DNA of 64,000 nucleotides from Candidatus Aenigmatarchaeota archaeon (GCA_963726265.1 CAVSBQ010000002.1:992001-1056000); one strand, 5' to 3'. Positions 20,019 to 28,608 are shown, counted from the first letter of the stretch. Numbers and translations are program-made. The notes: a model not told the origin generated them from the sequence alone.

Positions 20019-20793
20019 TTAACATTTAAATGTTTTGAGATCCATCTGACTCAATTGTCTTTTTGCATAATTTAATCTTTTTTCAGCTGTTTTGCAATAT
20101 TCTGATGATATGTCAATATGTATGAATCTGCGATCTGTTTTTAGAGCAACCACGGCTACGGTTCCTGTTCCACCAAACATATCCAGAACAACATTATCCT
20201 TGTACGTATAAAATTTAATCAAGCGATATATCAATTCTTCTGGAAATGGTGCTGGATGACCATTTCTCTGTGTTTCCGGAGAAATATACCACATACCATC
20301 AGAAAATTTCATGAATTCGTCTTTTGTTATATCTGATTTTTTTTGATCTCCTTTCAATTTTGCCTTATCCTTTGAAAAAATCAGGACATACTCCCATGAA
20401 GGGACTATGTGAGGATTTGCTGGGCTTTTAAAACTCCCCCACGCAGTTCTTTTTAACATGGTTTGTTTATACCATAGAATTTCCGTTCTGAAAATCATAC
20501 CTAAATCTCTCAATTGACTGGCAAAATCATGGTGAATAGGAGTAAAATTCTTTATTCCCGTTGGTGCTATATTCAAAGCAAACCTGCCTCCAGGAACGAG
20601 TAGATGCTTTGTTTCTCTTCCAAACTTTGTTTAACCATTCAAGATACTCTTTATACTCCATTTTGTCATTGTGATTATCGTAATCTTTGCCTACATTATA
20701 AGGTGGTGAAGTAATCGCAAGATGAATACTATTGTCTGGTATTTTTTTCATCTCTTCCAATACGTCCCCGCAAATTATTTTACCGATTTCCAT
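20019..20793 (-). pseudogene. Beta-class N4/N6 DNA methyltransferase split by an apparent 1-nt insertion near 20617
   Basis: TSPPY in the 5' fragment; HPAPFP and VLDMFGGTGT in the 3' fragment. Rejoined it reads VWKETKHLLVPGGRFALNI. Confidence 0.88.
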
Positions 20794-20798
20794 TTATC

Positions 20799-21416
20799 TC
20801 ACGTTAATAATTCACCACTTAATAGGATTCTATATTTATGAGGTCTTTTATCTTTATTTATCTCAATTAGACCATTTTTCTCCAGCTCTCTAAGATGCTT
20901 TCTTAAAACCGGTTCTTCCGTTGACATTTTCTTGTTTTTCAAGAAATTTATAATATCTCTCAAATTATTGCACTCTCTAACAGCTCTGAGTACGGCAAAC
21001 TTTTCCTCTGAAAGCATTCTTTCATACATTATAAATTTTGGTATCTCAATCACTTGATTGTTTTCTTCTTGAATATAAATTATCCTCTCTGCCTTTGTAA
21101 CAGAACCTGCAAACGCAGCTGCTAGCGATAGAGTCTTCCTACCTCCAGTTATATTGATTGTTACATTATCATTTTCATTTATAACTCTCTTTATTTTTTC
21201 CAAATTTTCCATAAAAAAATATGGTGAAACCTCAACTTTCTCTACAATTATTTCCATATCTTTAGATATTTTTTCTAATTTTCTGAGTCCATCTTTTGCC
21301 TTTTTTGATACTAATTTATGAGAGATAAGAAGAATGAGTTTATCGCAGGGGAATTGTTTAATTCCTTGAATAATTCCATCAGGTTCCTCTCCGAAAGTAG
21401 AAATTAAAGTTTTCAT
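20799..21416 (-). CDS. CARF plus wHTH regulator (Csa3-like)
   Basis: LISTFG, DKLILL and NITGGRK CARF motifs; C-terminal wHTH (LRKHLRELEKNGLI). Confidence 0.82.
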   Translation of the reverse strand: MKTLISTFGEEPDGIIQGIKQFPCDKLILLISHKLVSKKAKDGLRKLEKISKDMEIIVEKVEVSPYFFMENLEKIKRVINENDNVTINITGGRKTLSLAAAFAGSVTKAERIIYIQEENNQVIEIPKFIMYERMLSEEKFAVLRAVRECNNLRDIINFLKNKKMSTEEPVLRKHLRELEKNGLIEINKDKRPHKYRILLSGELLT

Positions 21417-21527
21417 ATAAAATTATTATTTCAGATATATATAAAGTTAACTATCGTGGTTACATAGTTAATACTATGGTTATAAGATGGAAATTGCCAC
21501 TGATTTTGGGGAGTACATCAGAAACCG

Positions 21528-21539
21528 ATGTTTAAACAT
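21528..21539. promoter_or_regulatory. ATGTTTAAACAT palindrome, copy 3
   Basis: 4 nt before TTTTAAAA and 34 nt before ATG 21574. Confidence 0.8.
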
Positions 21540-21573
21540 AACCTTTTAAAACGAAACTCAAATTTCATATTGA

Positions 21574-21729
21574 ATGGTAACTATTTTATGTCCAAAATGT
21601 AAAGCGAAATTAGATATTTTTACTGAAAGAAAAATAACTTGGGTTAAATGCTGGCGCTGTGGATATCGAGGCAAAGTCGGTCACAAAGAACCATTCATTC
21701 ACAAGGCCGCGACGCCTGCTGAGATTTAG
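21574..21729 (+). CDS. 51-aa zinc-ribbon protein (not in ORF track)
   Basis: MVTILCPKCKAKLDIFTERKITWVKCWRCGYRG...; two CxxC pairs. Confidence 0.75.
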   Translation: MVTILCPKCKAKLDIFTERKITWVKCWRCGYRGKVGHKEPFIHKAATPAEI

Positions 21730-21752
21730 AAGAGAGGATTGCCTTTGATAAT

Positions 21753-21977
21753 ATGATGTGGAAAATGACAGAAATTAAAGACATTGGTAAAATGTTTGAA
21801 AAGAAAACTACAGCATTTCTTGCACTAGGTGCAATTTTATTGATTTTCTCTATGTACTTCAATACAACTAAGGAAAACTCTTCAAATATAGGAGTATGGA
21901 TTTCTACTATAATAATAGGTATAGCTCTATGCGCCCAAATAGTAAATTGGATAATTTATTGGTACAAAAAATATTAA
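21753..21977 (+). CDS. Small two-TM membrane protein
   Basis: Two hydrophobic helices. Confidence 0.6.
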   Translation: MMWKMTEIKDIGKMFEKKTTAFLALGAILLIFSMYFNTTKENSSNIGVWISTIIIGIALCAQIVNWIIYWYKKY

Positions 21978-22020
21978 TTTTTAAGAAAAAGGGATTGCCG
22001 CTTGTGATTGGTGGGAACAA

Positions 22021-22251
22021 ATGAAAAAAGAAACAAACCATGATAAATTCGTGAAAGCCTTCAAGGGAATGGAAGGCCGAACGCTTGAAACAAAGGAAAT
22101 AAAGCGAATATTGAAAAGCAAAACCAACATAGAAGAAGGTAGCATACTGCCAAACGACCATGCAAGCGGCAATAAATGTCCATGCAGCTGTGCGGCAACG
22201 GAAAACAGGGTTTTTGATAGAATTAAACGCGGTTTCTATAAAGTGAGATAA
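22021..22251 (+). CDS. Small basic protein, possibly wHTH-like
   Basis: 76 aa ending FDRIKRGFYKVR; contains a CPCSC cluster. Confidence 0.6.
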   Translation: MKKETNHDKFVKAFKGMEGRTLETKEIKRILKSKTNIEEGSILPNDHASGNKCPCSCAATENRVFDRIKRGFYKVR

Positions 22252-22296
22252 CTAATGTGGGATTGCCGCTGGTTTTGGGGAGTTCCAACTAAAATT

Positions 22297-23070
22297 TTAT
22301 AAGTCCTCAACATTTCCGATTTTGATATACACAGAACCTTCTAGCGTGCCACCAGATATTTTAAGCCTTAAGCCAGTATCATCTCCCGGAACATCGAAAA
22401 CTATGCCGCCCTCGGATGTCAGGCCTGGGCCAATTTTATCAAACATAGGCAGAGGGGTGTATCCCATCTGACTCATGTAAATGGATGCAGTAGTATCCGT
22501 TTCATATTCCCTGCTTTTACTATCAAGTAGCTTGAAATTATTATAGGATAAATATTCAGATTTTTTACCGCTGTTTTCTACAGACATAATAAGAATTACA
22601 AACATTCCTTTAGCTTCTACACCAAGATAACCCCCGCCGATATAAGGAAGTTGCATAACATCCGTAACAATGTATGAAAAATCACCAATTGTCACTTTAT
22701 CACCGATAGAAGCTTCATAATCACATCTTTCAGTGATTGTTTTCATATTTTTTTGGCAAACATTCATTGAAGAATTCTGTAGGCAAATTTGGTCAATAAT
22801 GTTCTTCGCGTATCCTTCTGTAACATAATTCTTACCACAGTTGTTTTGATCATAACAAGGTATAACTCTGAAACCTGGAGATATACATTCACTAGCAGCG
22901 GAACATTTATAATCAGAAACACACGATGGAAGTTGATTTTGTTTAGGTTGTGACGTTTCTGTGGGTATATATGTTGTATCATCTCTAACTATATTTCCTG
23001 TGTTCACACAACCGGAACTAAATAAAATAGCTATTATTAAGACCGGAAGTATGAGGATTTTCGCCCTCAT
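22297..23070 (-). CDS. Lipoprotein with a C-terminal DUF4352-like Ig domain
   Basis: Lipobox SSGC, Cys-rich linker, VENSGK...FKLLDS..REY and GGIVFDVP motifs. Confidence 0.78.
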   Translation of the reverse strand: MRAKILILPVLIIAILFSSGCVNTGNIVRDDTTYIPTETSQPKQNQLPSCVSDYKCSAASECISPGFRVIPCYDQNNCGKNYVTEGYAKNIIDQICLQNSSMNVCQKNMKTITERCDYEASIGDKVTIGDFSYIVTDVMQLPYIGGGYLGVEAKGMFVILIMSVENSGKKSEYLSYNNFKLLDSKSREYETDTTASIYMSQMGYTPLPMFDKIGPGLTSEGGIVFDVPGDDTGLRLKISGGTLEGSVYIKIGNVEDL

Positions 23071-23102
23071 GTTTTAGAATTCTAAACTAGCTTTAAAACC
23101 CT

Positions 23103-23114
23103 ATGTTTAAACAT
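23103..23114. promoter_or_regulatory. ATGTTTAAACAT palindrome, copy 4
   Basis: On the - strand it is followed by AGGG TTTTAAAG and lies 32 nt before ATG 23070. Confidence 0.8.
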
Positions 23115-23185
23115 CACCTTCCCAATTATGGGTAAGAAGATGGAGAAGGCTCGTGGGATGCCGCCGGTTCCTGGCTTAGACTGGT

Positions 23186-23479
23186 TCAGTCCTTGCAGCA
23201 CTTATCGTACTTCTCGAACTTCCTGCCGTACTTGATGCCCCAGCTCGCCCAGCCTGCGCCCATTATGGCGATGAAGGCTAGGACTGCGACAAGGAAGACG
23301 GCGACGTTCTGGTATAGTGTGAACTTGTCCGCGAAGAAGAACAGCCATACGATGAAGAACGCCACGATTCCGAAGACGGAGATTATCGAAATCGCTACCC
23401 TCAAGCCGAAGCCCGGCGTGTCTTCCGGACGCTGGTATTCCTTCGCTTTCTCTCCCCTTACCACTTTTTTCTTTGGCAT
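23186..23479 (-). CDS. Small two-TM membrane protein
   Basis: Two TM helices; GAGGTG Shine-Dalgarno before ATG 23479. Confidence 0.7.
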   Translation of the reverse strand: MPKKKVVRGEKAKEYQRPEDTPGFGLRVAISIISVFGIVAFFIVWLFFFADKFTLYQNVAVFLVAVLAFIAIMGAGWASWGIKYGRKFEKYDKCCKD

Positions 23480-23636
23480 TTTCCACCTCATTGATAATGA
23501 TTTTCGTACTTTTTATATAATGTGGTTCAATTTCCTCTATATTTGGTTTTGCCGCGACTTAAAATCCTTCATTCGGGCGGACGAGGCTCAGGTTAAATTT
23601 ATAAAATTTGGTTTCAATCCTGAATTATGGTGAATT

Positions 23637-23906
23637 ATGACTGAAGCGGTGGGAGGCTGGAACCGAACCAGGGAGTTTTTTCCTGACGACAGGAGAGGTT
23701 CCGGCAAATTGCACGAGTATGCTTTGGAAAGCCTGCCCGGTAAATATGTTCTTCCGCTGTCGGGTGGCGAGGACATAGGTAAGATAATAGAGGCGGACGT
23801 GACAGGCGTGGTTTTATTGGGCGGAAAGAGGATAGGCAGGAGCGCCTGGCCGCTTTACAGGGTATTGGACAGGCCTCCGGAAGACGCCCTGGAAACCCAT
23901 GCCTGA
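23637..23906 (+). CDS. Hypothetical protein
   Basis: 89-aa ORF with upstream TTTATAAA and GGTGA. Confidence 0.5.
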   Translation: MTEAVGGWNRTREFFPDDRRGSGKLHEYALESLPGKYVLPLSGGEDIGKIIEADVTGVVLLGGKRIGRSAWPLYRVLDRPPEDALETHA

Positions 23907-23985
23907 ACGCGAATTCGCGGATTCTGAAACATCTTAATTTTGAGCGCTGACAACCCAACCCCCGAGTGTTATCTTTATATAACAG

Positions 23986-24005
23986 TTGTAATAATATTAT
24001 TACAA
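23986..24005. promoter_or_regulatory. 20-bp perfect palindrome (probable operator of the MNT-HEPN operon)
   Basis: TTGTAATAATATTATTACAA, with an imperfect second copy at 24008-24025. Confidence 0.72.
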
Positions 24006-24034
24006 GTGTAATAAAAATATATTACTGTGGGAAT

Positions 24035-24571
24035 ATGTGGGAGAATTACAACAAATACATGGTCTTCAAGGTCTTCCTTGACGACCCCATGCCCAAAGCC
24101 GGATTCCAGCTGAGGGAAATAAGCAGGATGGTGAAGCTCGCGCCCAAATCGGTGGGCATCTACCTGGCAGAGCTGGAAAAGGAAGGCCTTGTCATAAAGG
24201 AAAGGCAAAAGGCGACGGGATACCCGGTTTATTTTGCCAGCAGGAACAGCGAGATGTTCAGGTTTTACAGGAAGCTTGACGTTGTCCATTCCATAAAAAC
24301 AAGCGGGCTGCTTGATTATTTGTGCGATAAAACCACGCCGGATGTCATAGTCTTGTTCGGCTCGGCGTCGAGGGGCGAGGACACGCAAGAAAGCGACATC
24401 GACCTGTTCGTGCAGTGCGCCGGAAGGAAGCTTGACTTATCCGGTTTCGAAAAGCTCCTGAAGAGAAAAATCAGCATATTGTTCGGCGAAAATTTCAAAG
24501 AGCTCAGCGACGAGCTCAAGAACAATGTTATAAACGGCATAATACTCAAAGGGTATCTGAAGGTGTTCTGA
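24035..24571 (+). CDS. HTH plus MNT antitoxin
   Basis: LREISRMVKL wHTH and LFGSASRGED..SDIDL motif. Confidence 0.88.
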   Translation: MWENYNKYMVFKVFLDDPMPKAGFQLREISRMVKLAPKSVGIYLAELEKEGLVIKERQKATGYPVYFASRNSEMFRFYRKLDVVHSIKTSGLLDYLCDKTTPDVIVLFGSASRGEDTQESDIDLFVQCAGRKLDLSGFEKLLKRKISILFGENFKELSDELKNNVINGIILKGYLKVF

Positions 24572-24572
24572 A

Positions 24573-24983
24573 ATGGATATGGGTTTAGTTGACGTCACCA
24601 AAGACAAGGTCAAGGCAAAATCGATTCTCGCGATGGCTGAAGTCACGCTGGAGATGATCAAAACGATAGATGAGAAAAGGTTCGCCTCCAACCTGGTGAA
24701 AGAGTATTATGACGTCATAAGAGAGCTTATTTCTGCAATTATGCTTCTTGACGGATACAAAACCCGCGGTGAAGGCGCCCATATAAAGGCCATAGAATAC
24801 ATGCGGGAAAACTACAAGCAGCTTTCAGAGCTTGAGATTTCCGCCATTGACGACCTCAGGGAAAAGAGGAACAGGATAGCATACAACGGGTTTTTCGTCC
24901 AGCCCGATTATGTCGTGAGGAGAAAGCAGACGCTGGCTGGCATAATATCCAAACTCACGGAGACAATAAAAAAGCGCCTTTAG
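24573..24983 (+). CDS. HEPN-domain toxin
   Basis: YYDVIREL, GAH and RNRIAY (R-x4-Y) motifs; follows the MNT gene. Confidence 0.8.
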   Translation: MDMGLVDVTKDKVKAKSILAMAEVTLEMIKTIDEKRFASNLVKEYYDVIRELISAIMLLDGYKTRGEGAHIKAIEYMRENYKQLSELEISAIDDLREKRNRIAYNGFFVQPDYVVRRKQTLAGIISKLTETIKKRL

Positions 24984-24997
24984 AAATTCGCCTTCTG

Positions 24998-25106
24998 GGT
25001 GACCACAGAAACTGAAAGTGTGGTCATCTCCCGGCCTCCGGGCTGAAACCTTTAAAATCCGCCTGCAAATAAAACTTCATGGGTTTTCTCGGACTCCTGA
25101 GGAAGG
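24998..25106 (+). repeat. Direct repeat copy 1 (9-13-9 inverted-repeat site, promoter and first codons)
   Basis: 25043-25083 is identical to 26463-26503 (41 bp). GGTGACCAC-N13-GTGGTCATC at 24998-25028. Confidence 0.9.
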
Positions 25107-25111
25107 CGATG

Positions 25112-25840
25112 TCAACCGAATTTCTTTTTCAGTGCTTTAATGCATTCCATGTAGCCGAGCTTTTTGTTCGTGAGTGAGCTGATGTCGGAATCCCAGCGTG
25201 AATAGATTTTGTTTGCATTTCTGAATATCCTTTCCGTGTCGAATCTTTCGCCTGCTTCTTTCACTTTCCTTTTGACAAGCCCCATGTCCACGCTGTGCTT
25301 TTGGAGTATGAAATAGGCGTCAAAATAATCTCTGGGCTGGTTTCTGGTTATCAGCGCCCTTACCTTTTCTGCGATTATCTCCCTGATATTCAGCGTGTTT
25401 ATGCTGAAATCCAAGCCGTAAAAATTAGGCATTTTGTGTTTTTCCGGCTTAAGATGTATCGAAGCTTTGCGATTCACGTCGGCGATTATGAAGGATTCTG
25501 CCTGAAAATAGCTCCTGTAATATACCAGATATCTGACAAAATCTTTGGTCGTTTTGTCGGTCCTGATCCTCGTGAAGAAACCGCTGTTTTCGACTGCCCT
25601 TTCGAGTTCATTCCTTATTTCACGAACCGGCCTGTCCGCGGCGAAGTCGAGATCCTCGGAAAGCCTGGCATGATCTAAAAATATTTTGTTCAGGGCTGTT
25701 CCGCCTTTGAGATAAATGCCTCTGATGCCCTTTGTCAGATAAAGGAATACCGTCAGAAAGTAGTCCTTCTCTATGTAAATAAGGTTTAGCCCCTTCATGC
25801 CGGCTATATATCTCAGCTTATTCTCCGAAATCATCTCCAT
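25112..25840 (-). CDS. abiEii: AbiEii-family nucleotidyltransferase toxin (type IV TA)
   Basis: IEKDY, LKGGTAL, RLSEDLDF, AEKVRA and RDYFD motifs. Confidence 0.92.
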   Translation of the reverse strand: MEMISENKLRYIAGMKGLNLIYIEKDYFLTVFLYLTKGIRGIYLKGGTALNKIFLDHARLSEDLDFAADRPVREIRNELERAVENSGFFTRIRTDKTTKDFVRYLVYYRSYFQAESFIIADVNRKASIHLKPEKHKMPNFYGLDFSINTLNIREIIAEKVRALITRNQPRDYFDAYFILQKHSVDMGLVKRKVKEAGERFDTERIFRNANKIYSRWDSDISSLTNKKLGYMECIKALKKKFG

Positions 25841-26340
25841 TTACGGCTCTCCTCCTTAGTCGCTATAAGGGCGCTGTGCCTTTGGATGGTTATCTTCGTG
25901 TGTTTCGGAAGCTTCCTGACTCTCCTAAACCTTATCGTGAAGCCGAAAAATACGACATTTCCCTGCCTGGTCATGCTGAAAACCTCTGTTTCCGCGGGTA
26001 TCTGCTCTATGAGCCCCCAGTAATGCGCTGCGCTCTTACCGCCTATGCAATATCCTTTGCCATTGCACATTTCATCGGTTACTATGAAAGGATGCTCCGA
26101 CCACTTTCCGTGGTAGGCTTGCATGGGAACAAGGTAGTATTTTTCCCTGTTAATTTTCACAAGCCTTCCCTTTTTCATCAGCCTATGCATGTAGACATTC
26201 ATCTCGTTTCTGCTTCCGAAAAACCTTTCAACATCGTTACGACTGAAGAATCTTTTGTTGTCCAGTTCAAGGTATGAGACCATCTCCATCTCTTTACCTG
26301 AAAGACTGTTCACCCGTTTTTGTGTTTTGCCTACCTTCAT
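25831..26340 (-). CDS. abiEi: AbiEi-family antitoxin/regulator
   Basis: N-terminal wHTH (RLMKKGRLVKI..EKY) and SAAHYWGLIEQIP motif; overlaps abiEii. Confidence 0.88.
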   Translation of the reverse strand: MKVGKTQKRVNSLSGKEMEMVSYLELDNKRFFSRNDVERFFGSRNEMNVYMHRLMKKGRLVKINREKYYLVPMQAYHGKWSEHPFIVTDEMCNGKGYCIGGKSAAHYWGLIEQIPAETEVFSMTRQGNVVFFGFTIRFRRVRKLPKHTKITIQRHSALIATKEESRKWR

Positions 26341-26342
26341 GC

Positions 26343-26381
26343 GCTACACCGAAATTAACATATTATTAATTTTAGTGTAGC
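26343..26381. promoter_or_regulatory. Long inverted repeat upstream of abiEi (probable AbiEi operator)
   Basis: GCTACACCGAAATTAA-N7-TTAATTTTAGTGTAGC (14/16 match), just after the TATA box on the - strand. Confidence 0.72.
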
Positions 26382-26421
26382 ATATATAAAAAGGTTTTGC
26401 AGCATGGAGCATGGTTCTGGA

Positions 26422-26526
26422 GGTGACCACGTTTTTATCTTTTGTGGTCACCCGTCACCCGACTGAAACCTTTAAAATCCGCCTGCAAATAAAACTTCAT
26501 GGGGTTTCTCGGGTTTCTGAAGAAGG
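26422..26526 (+). repeat. Direct repeat copy 2
   Basis: GGTGACCAC-N13-GTGGTCACC at 26422-26452, followed by the promoter and start of the 26499 gene. Confidence 0.9.
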
Positions 26527-27797
26527 GTAAGAAAGCGGAAGGGGTTTCATCAGCCGCGCCGTCCGCGGCTGCGGATTCGACTCCGTCGACTGATATCGGG
26601 CTTGACGACGTGATGAAAACGCTGGAAGGCCGCATGGCGGACAAGCTCGCCGCGGAGACGAAGAAGGCGGAGAAACTCTACTTCAAAATAAGCGAAGGCC
26701 TGGCCGAGGCGAAGAAGCACGCGGCCGGCCTGGAGAAGCAGAGCTTCGAGCCGGGCGACAAGACTTACGCCATGGTCAACATGACCAAGGACAATTACGT
26801 CAAGAAGGCCAATTCCCTGATCGCCGGGCTGCCGAAGATAGGCCGCATGAATTACGCGGAGATAGCCGCGTTTTCCGGCGGGGCCAGGAAAATCCTCAAC
26901 GAGCTGCTCAACATCCAGCCGAAGCAGGCGATCCTGCTCACCCGCTACTTCAAGAAGGAGTCGTCTAGGGTAATCATGGCGCTCAAGGAAGCTGACATAG
27001 CATGCAGGGAGATGGAATCGCTGCTTCAGGGAAGCGCGCTGGGTCTCTACAGCTCGGCCAGCGAAACAATCGCTGATATCGCTGACCTCATGCGCAGGTC
27101 CGAAGACCTCGGAGGCCGCGCGCAGGGCATGGGCGAAAAGATCGCGGCCAGAAAGGTCGAGCTGGAGACGAGGCACGGCGACCACAAGGCCTTCCTTGCC
27201 GGCGAGGAAAGCGTAAAACACAGGACGCTGGACGACGAGCTGAAGATGCGCGAGCGCGAACGAACCGAACTCGGCAACAAGCTCAACGACGAGCTTTCAG
27301 GCCTCAAGAGGCCGGTGAAGAAGCTCGAGCACGCGGCGGCGAAGGACGCGAAGGACAAGGAGAAGCTGGCGCTTTATTCGCGGCTTTCCCATTCGCCGCT
27401 CAAGGTCATGCTGAACGAAGGCGATTCGGCAATAGCCGAGGCGCTGGTCAAGCTCAGAGAAATCGGCCTCAAGGACGAGGACCGCGAGCACGTCGAGGAG
27501 CTGGCGAAGAAAGTCGAGCTGGGCTACCTTTCCGAGCTCGCGGACAAATACAAGTGGCTCGAGGCTGAGATAGCGGAGAGGAAAGCGCAACTGGAGAAAT
27601 CAAGCTTCCCTGAGAGCGACAAGAAACACGCAAGGGATATAGAGGACCTGAAGCGTGAGATTGCGGAACTGGAAAAGGAACTCGAGAAGGCGAAAGAGAA
27701 CAGGACCGAGGTCTCTAAGAAGCTGAAGGACGGGAAGCGCAGGCTCGAGGATTCGCTTTTCAAGCAGGCGGGCCTGAAGCTGAACATAATCATTTAG
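26499..27797 (+). CDS. Coiled-coil protein of unknown function
   Basis: E/K/L-rich heptad pattern; host-like codon usage; first gene before thiM. Confidence 0.8.
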   Translation: MGFLGFLKKGKKAEGVSSAAPSAAADSTPSTDIGLDDVMKTLEGRMADKLAAETKKAEKLYFKISEGLAEAKKHAAGLEKQSFEPGDKTYAMVNMTKDNYVKKANSLIAGLPKIGRMNYAEIAAFSGGARKILNELLNIQPKQAILLTRYFKKESSRVIMALKEADIACREMESLLQGSALGLYSSASETIADIADLMRRSEDLGGRAQGMGEKIAARKVELETRHGDHKAFLAGEESVKHRTLDDELKMRERERTELGNKLNDELSGLKRPVKKLEHAAAKDAKDKEKLALYSRLSHSPLKVMLNEGDSAIAEALVKLREIGLKDEDREHVEELAKKVELGYLSELADKYKWLEAEIAERKAQLEKSSFPESDKKHARDIEDLKREIAELEKELEKAKENRTEVSKKLKDGKRRLEDSLFKQAGLKLNIII

Positions 27798-27810
27798 GAG
27801 GGTGGTCGGG

Positions 27811-28608
27811 ATGAATGAGATATACGCTGCTTTGGAGAAGATAAAGGCGTTGAAGCCGCTGGTCCATCACATGACCAACTGGGTCACTATATACGACTGC
27901 GCGAACGTCACGCGCTGCATCGGAGCGCTGCCGGTGATGGCATACGCCGCCGAGGAGGTCGAGGAGATGGCTTCCAGCGCGCAGTCGCTGGTGCTCAACA
28001 TAGGGACGCTGACGCCCGAGCTTGTCGATTCCATGATGCTTGCCGCGAAGAAGGCGAACGAGAAGCGCATCCCGGTCGTCATGGATGTGGTCGGCGTGGG
28101 CGCAACGAAGCTGCGCACGGACAAGGCGAAGGAAATCCTGTCGAAGGCGCGCGTCGACATAGTGAAGGGCAACATTGGCGAGATGGGCACGCTTGCAGGC
28201 GTCAGGGCGGAGGTCAGGGGCGTCGAATCCATGGGCGCGGCTCTCAAGCCGGACATGATAGCCGGCGCAGTGGCCAGGGCATACAAGACGACTGCGGTCG
28301 TGACGGGCAAGGACAACGTCGTGTCGGACGGCAAGAGACGCTATGTCGTCTCCAACAGCCACGTGATGCTGACGTCGATAGTCGGGACGGGCTGCATGAT
28401 AGCGAGCGCGATAGGCGCTTTTGCGGCGGTCGAGAAGGATTATGCGAAAGCGGCCGCGTACGCCCTCGTTTGCTTCGGCATCGCAGGCGAGCTCGCTGCG
28501 GCGAAGTCGAAGGGGCCTGGCAGCTTCAAGGAGAACCTCTACGACGAGCTTTACAGCCTTGACGAGAAGACCATAGCAAAGATGCAGAAGATGAGGCTGG
28601 TGAAATGA
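27811..28608 (+). CDS. thiM: Hydroxyethylthiazole kinase
   Basis: PLVHHMTNWV, LNIGTL, DVVGVGAT, KGNIGE and VGTGC motifs. Confidence 0.95.
   Translation: MNEIYAALEKIKALKPLVHHMTNWVTIYDCANVTRCIGALPVMAYAAEEVEEMASSAQSLVLNIGTLTPELVDSMMLAAKKANEKRIPVVMDVVGVGATKLRTDKAKEILSKARVDIVKGNIGEMGTLAGVRAEVRGVESMGAALKPDMIAGAVARAYKTTAVVTGKDNVVSDGKRRYVVSNSHVMLTSIVGTGCMIASAIGAFAAVEKDYAKAAAYALVCFGIAGELAAAKSKGPGSFKENLYDELYSLDEKTIAKMQKMRLVK

Larger units (their letters stand above)
21493..23166 (+). repeat. Dispersed intergenic junction motif (G)GATTGCC(GC)T, five copies
   Basis: Copies near 21493, 21737, 21991, 22259 and 23155. 21493-21514 matches 22262-22283 at 20/22; 21991-22002 matches 22259-22270 at 12/12. Confidence 0.7.

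Noticed and set aside
21486..23180. CRISPR array or classical integron interpretation of the junction repeats
   Set aside because: Spacing is gene-sized and irregular and the repeats are degenerate. There are no cas genes, attC boxes or intI.
26400..27810. TPP riboswitch ahead of the thiamine genes
   Set aside because: I found no CTGAGA plus CCTGA...AGGGA architecture in non-coding sequence. The upstream gene ends a few nt before thiM.
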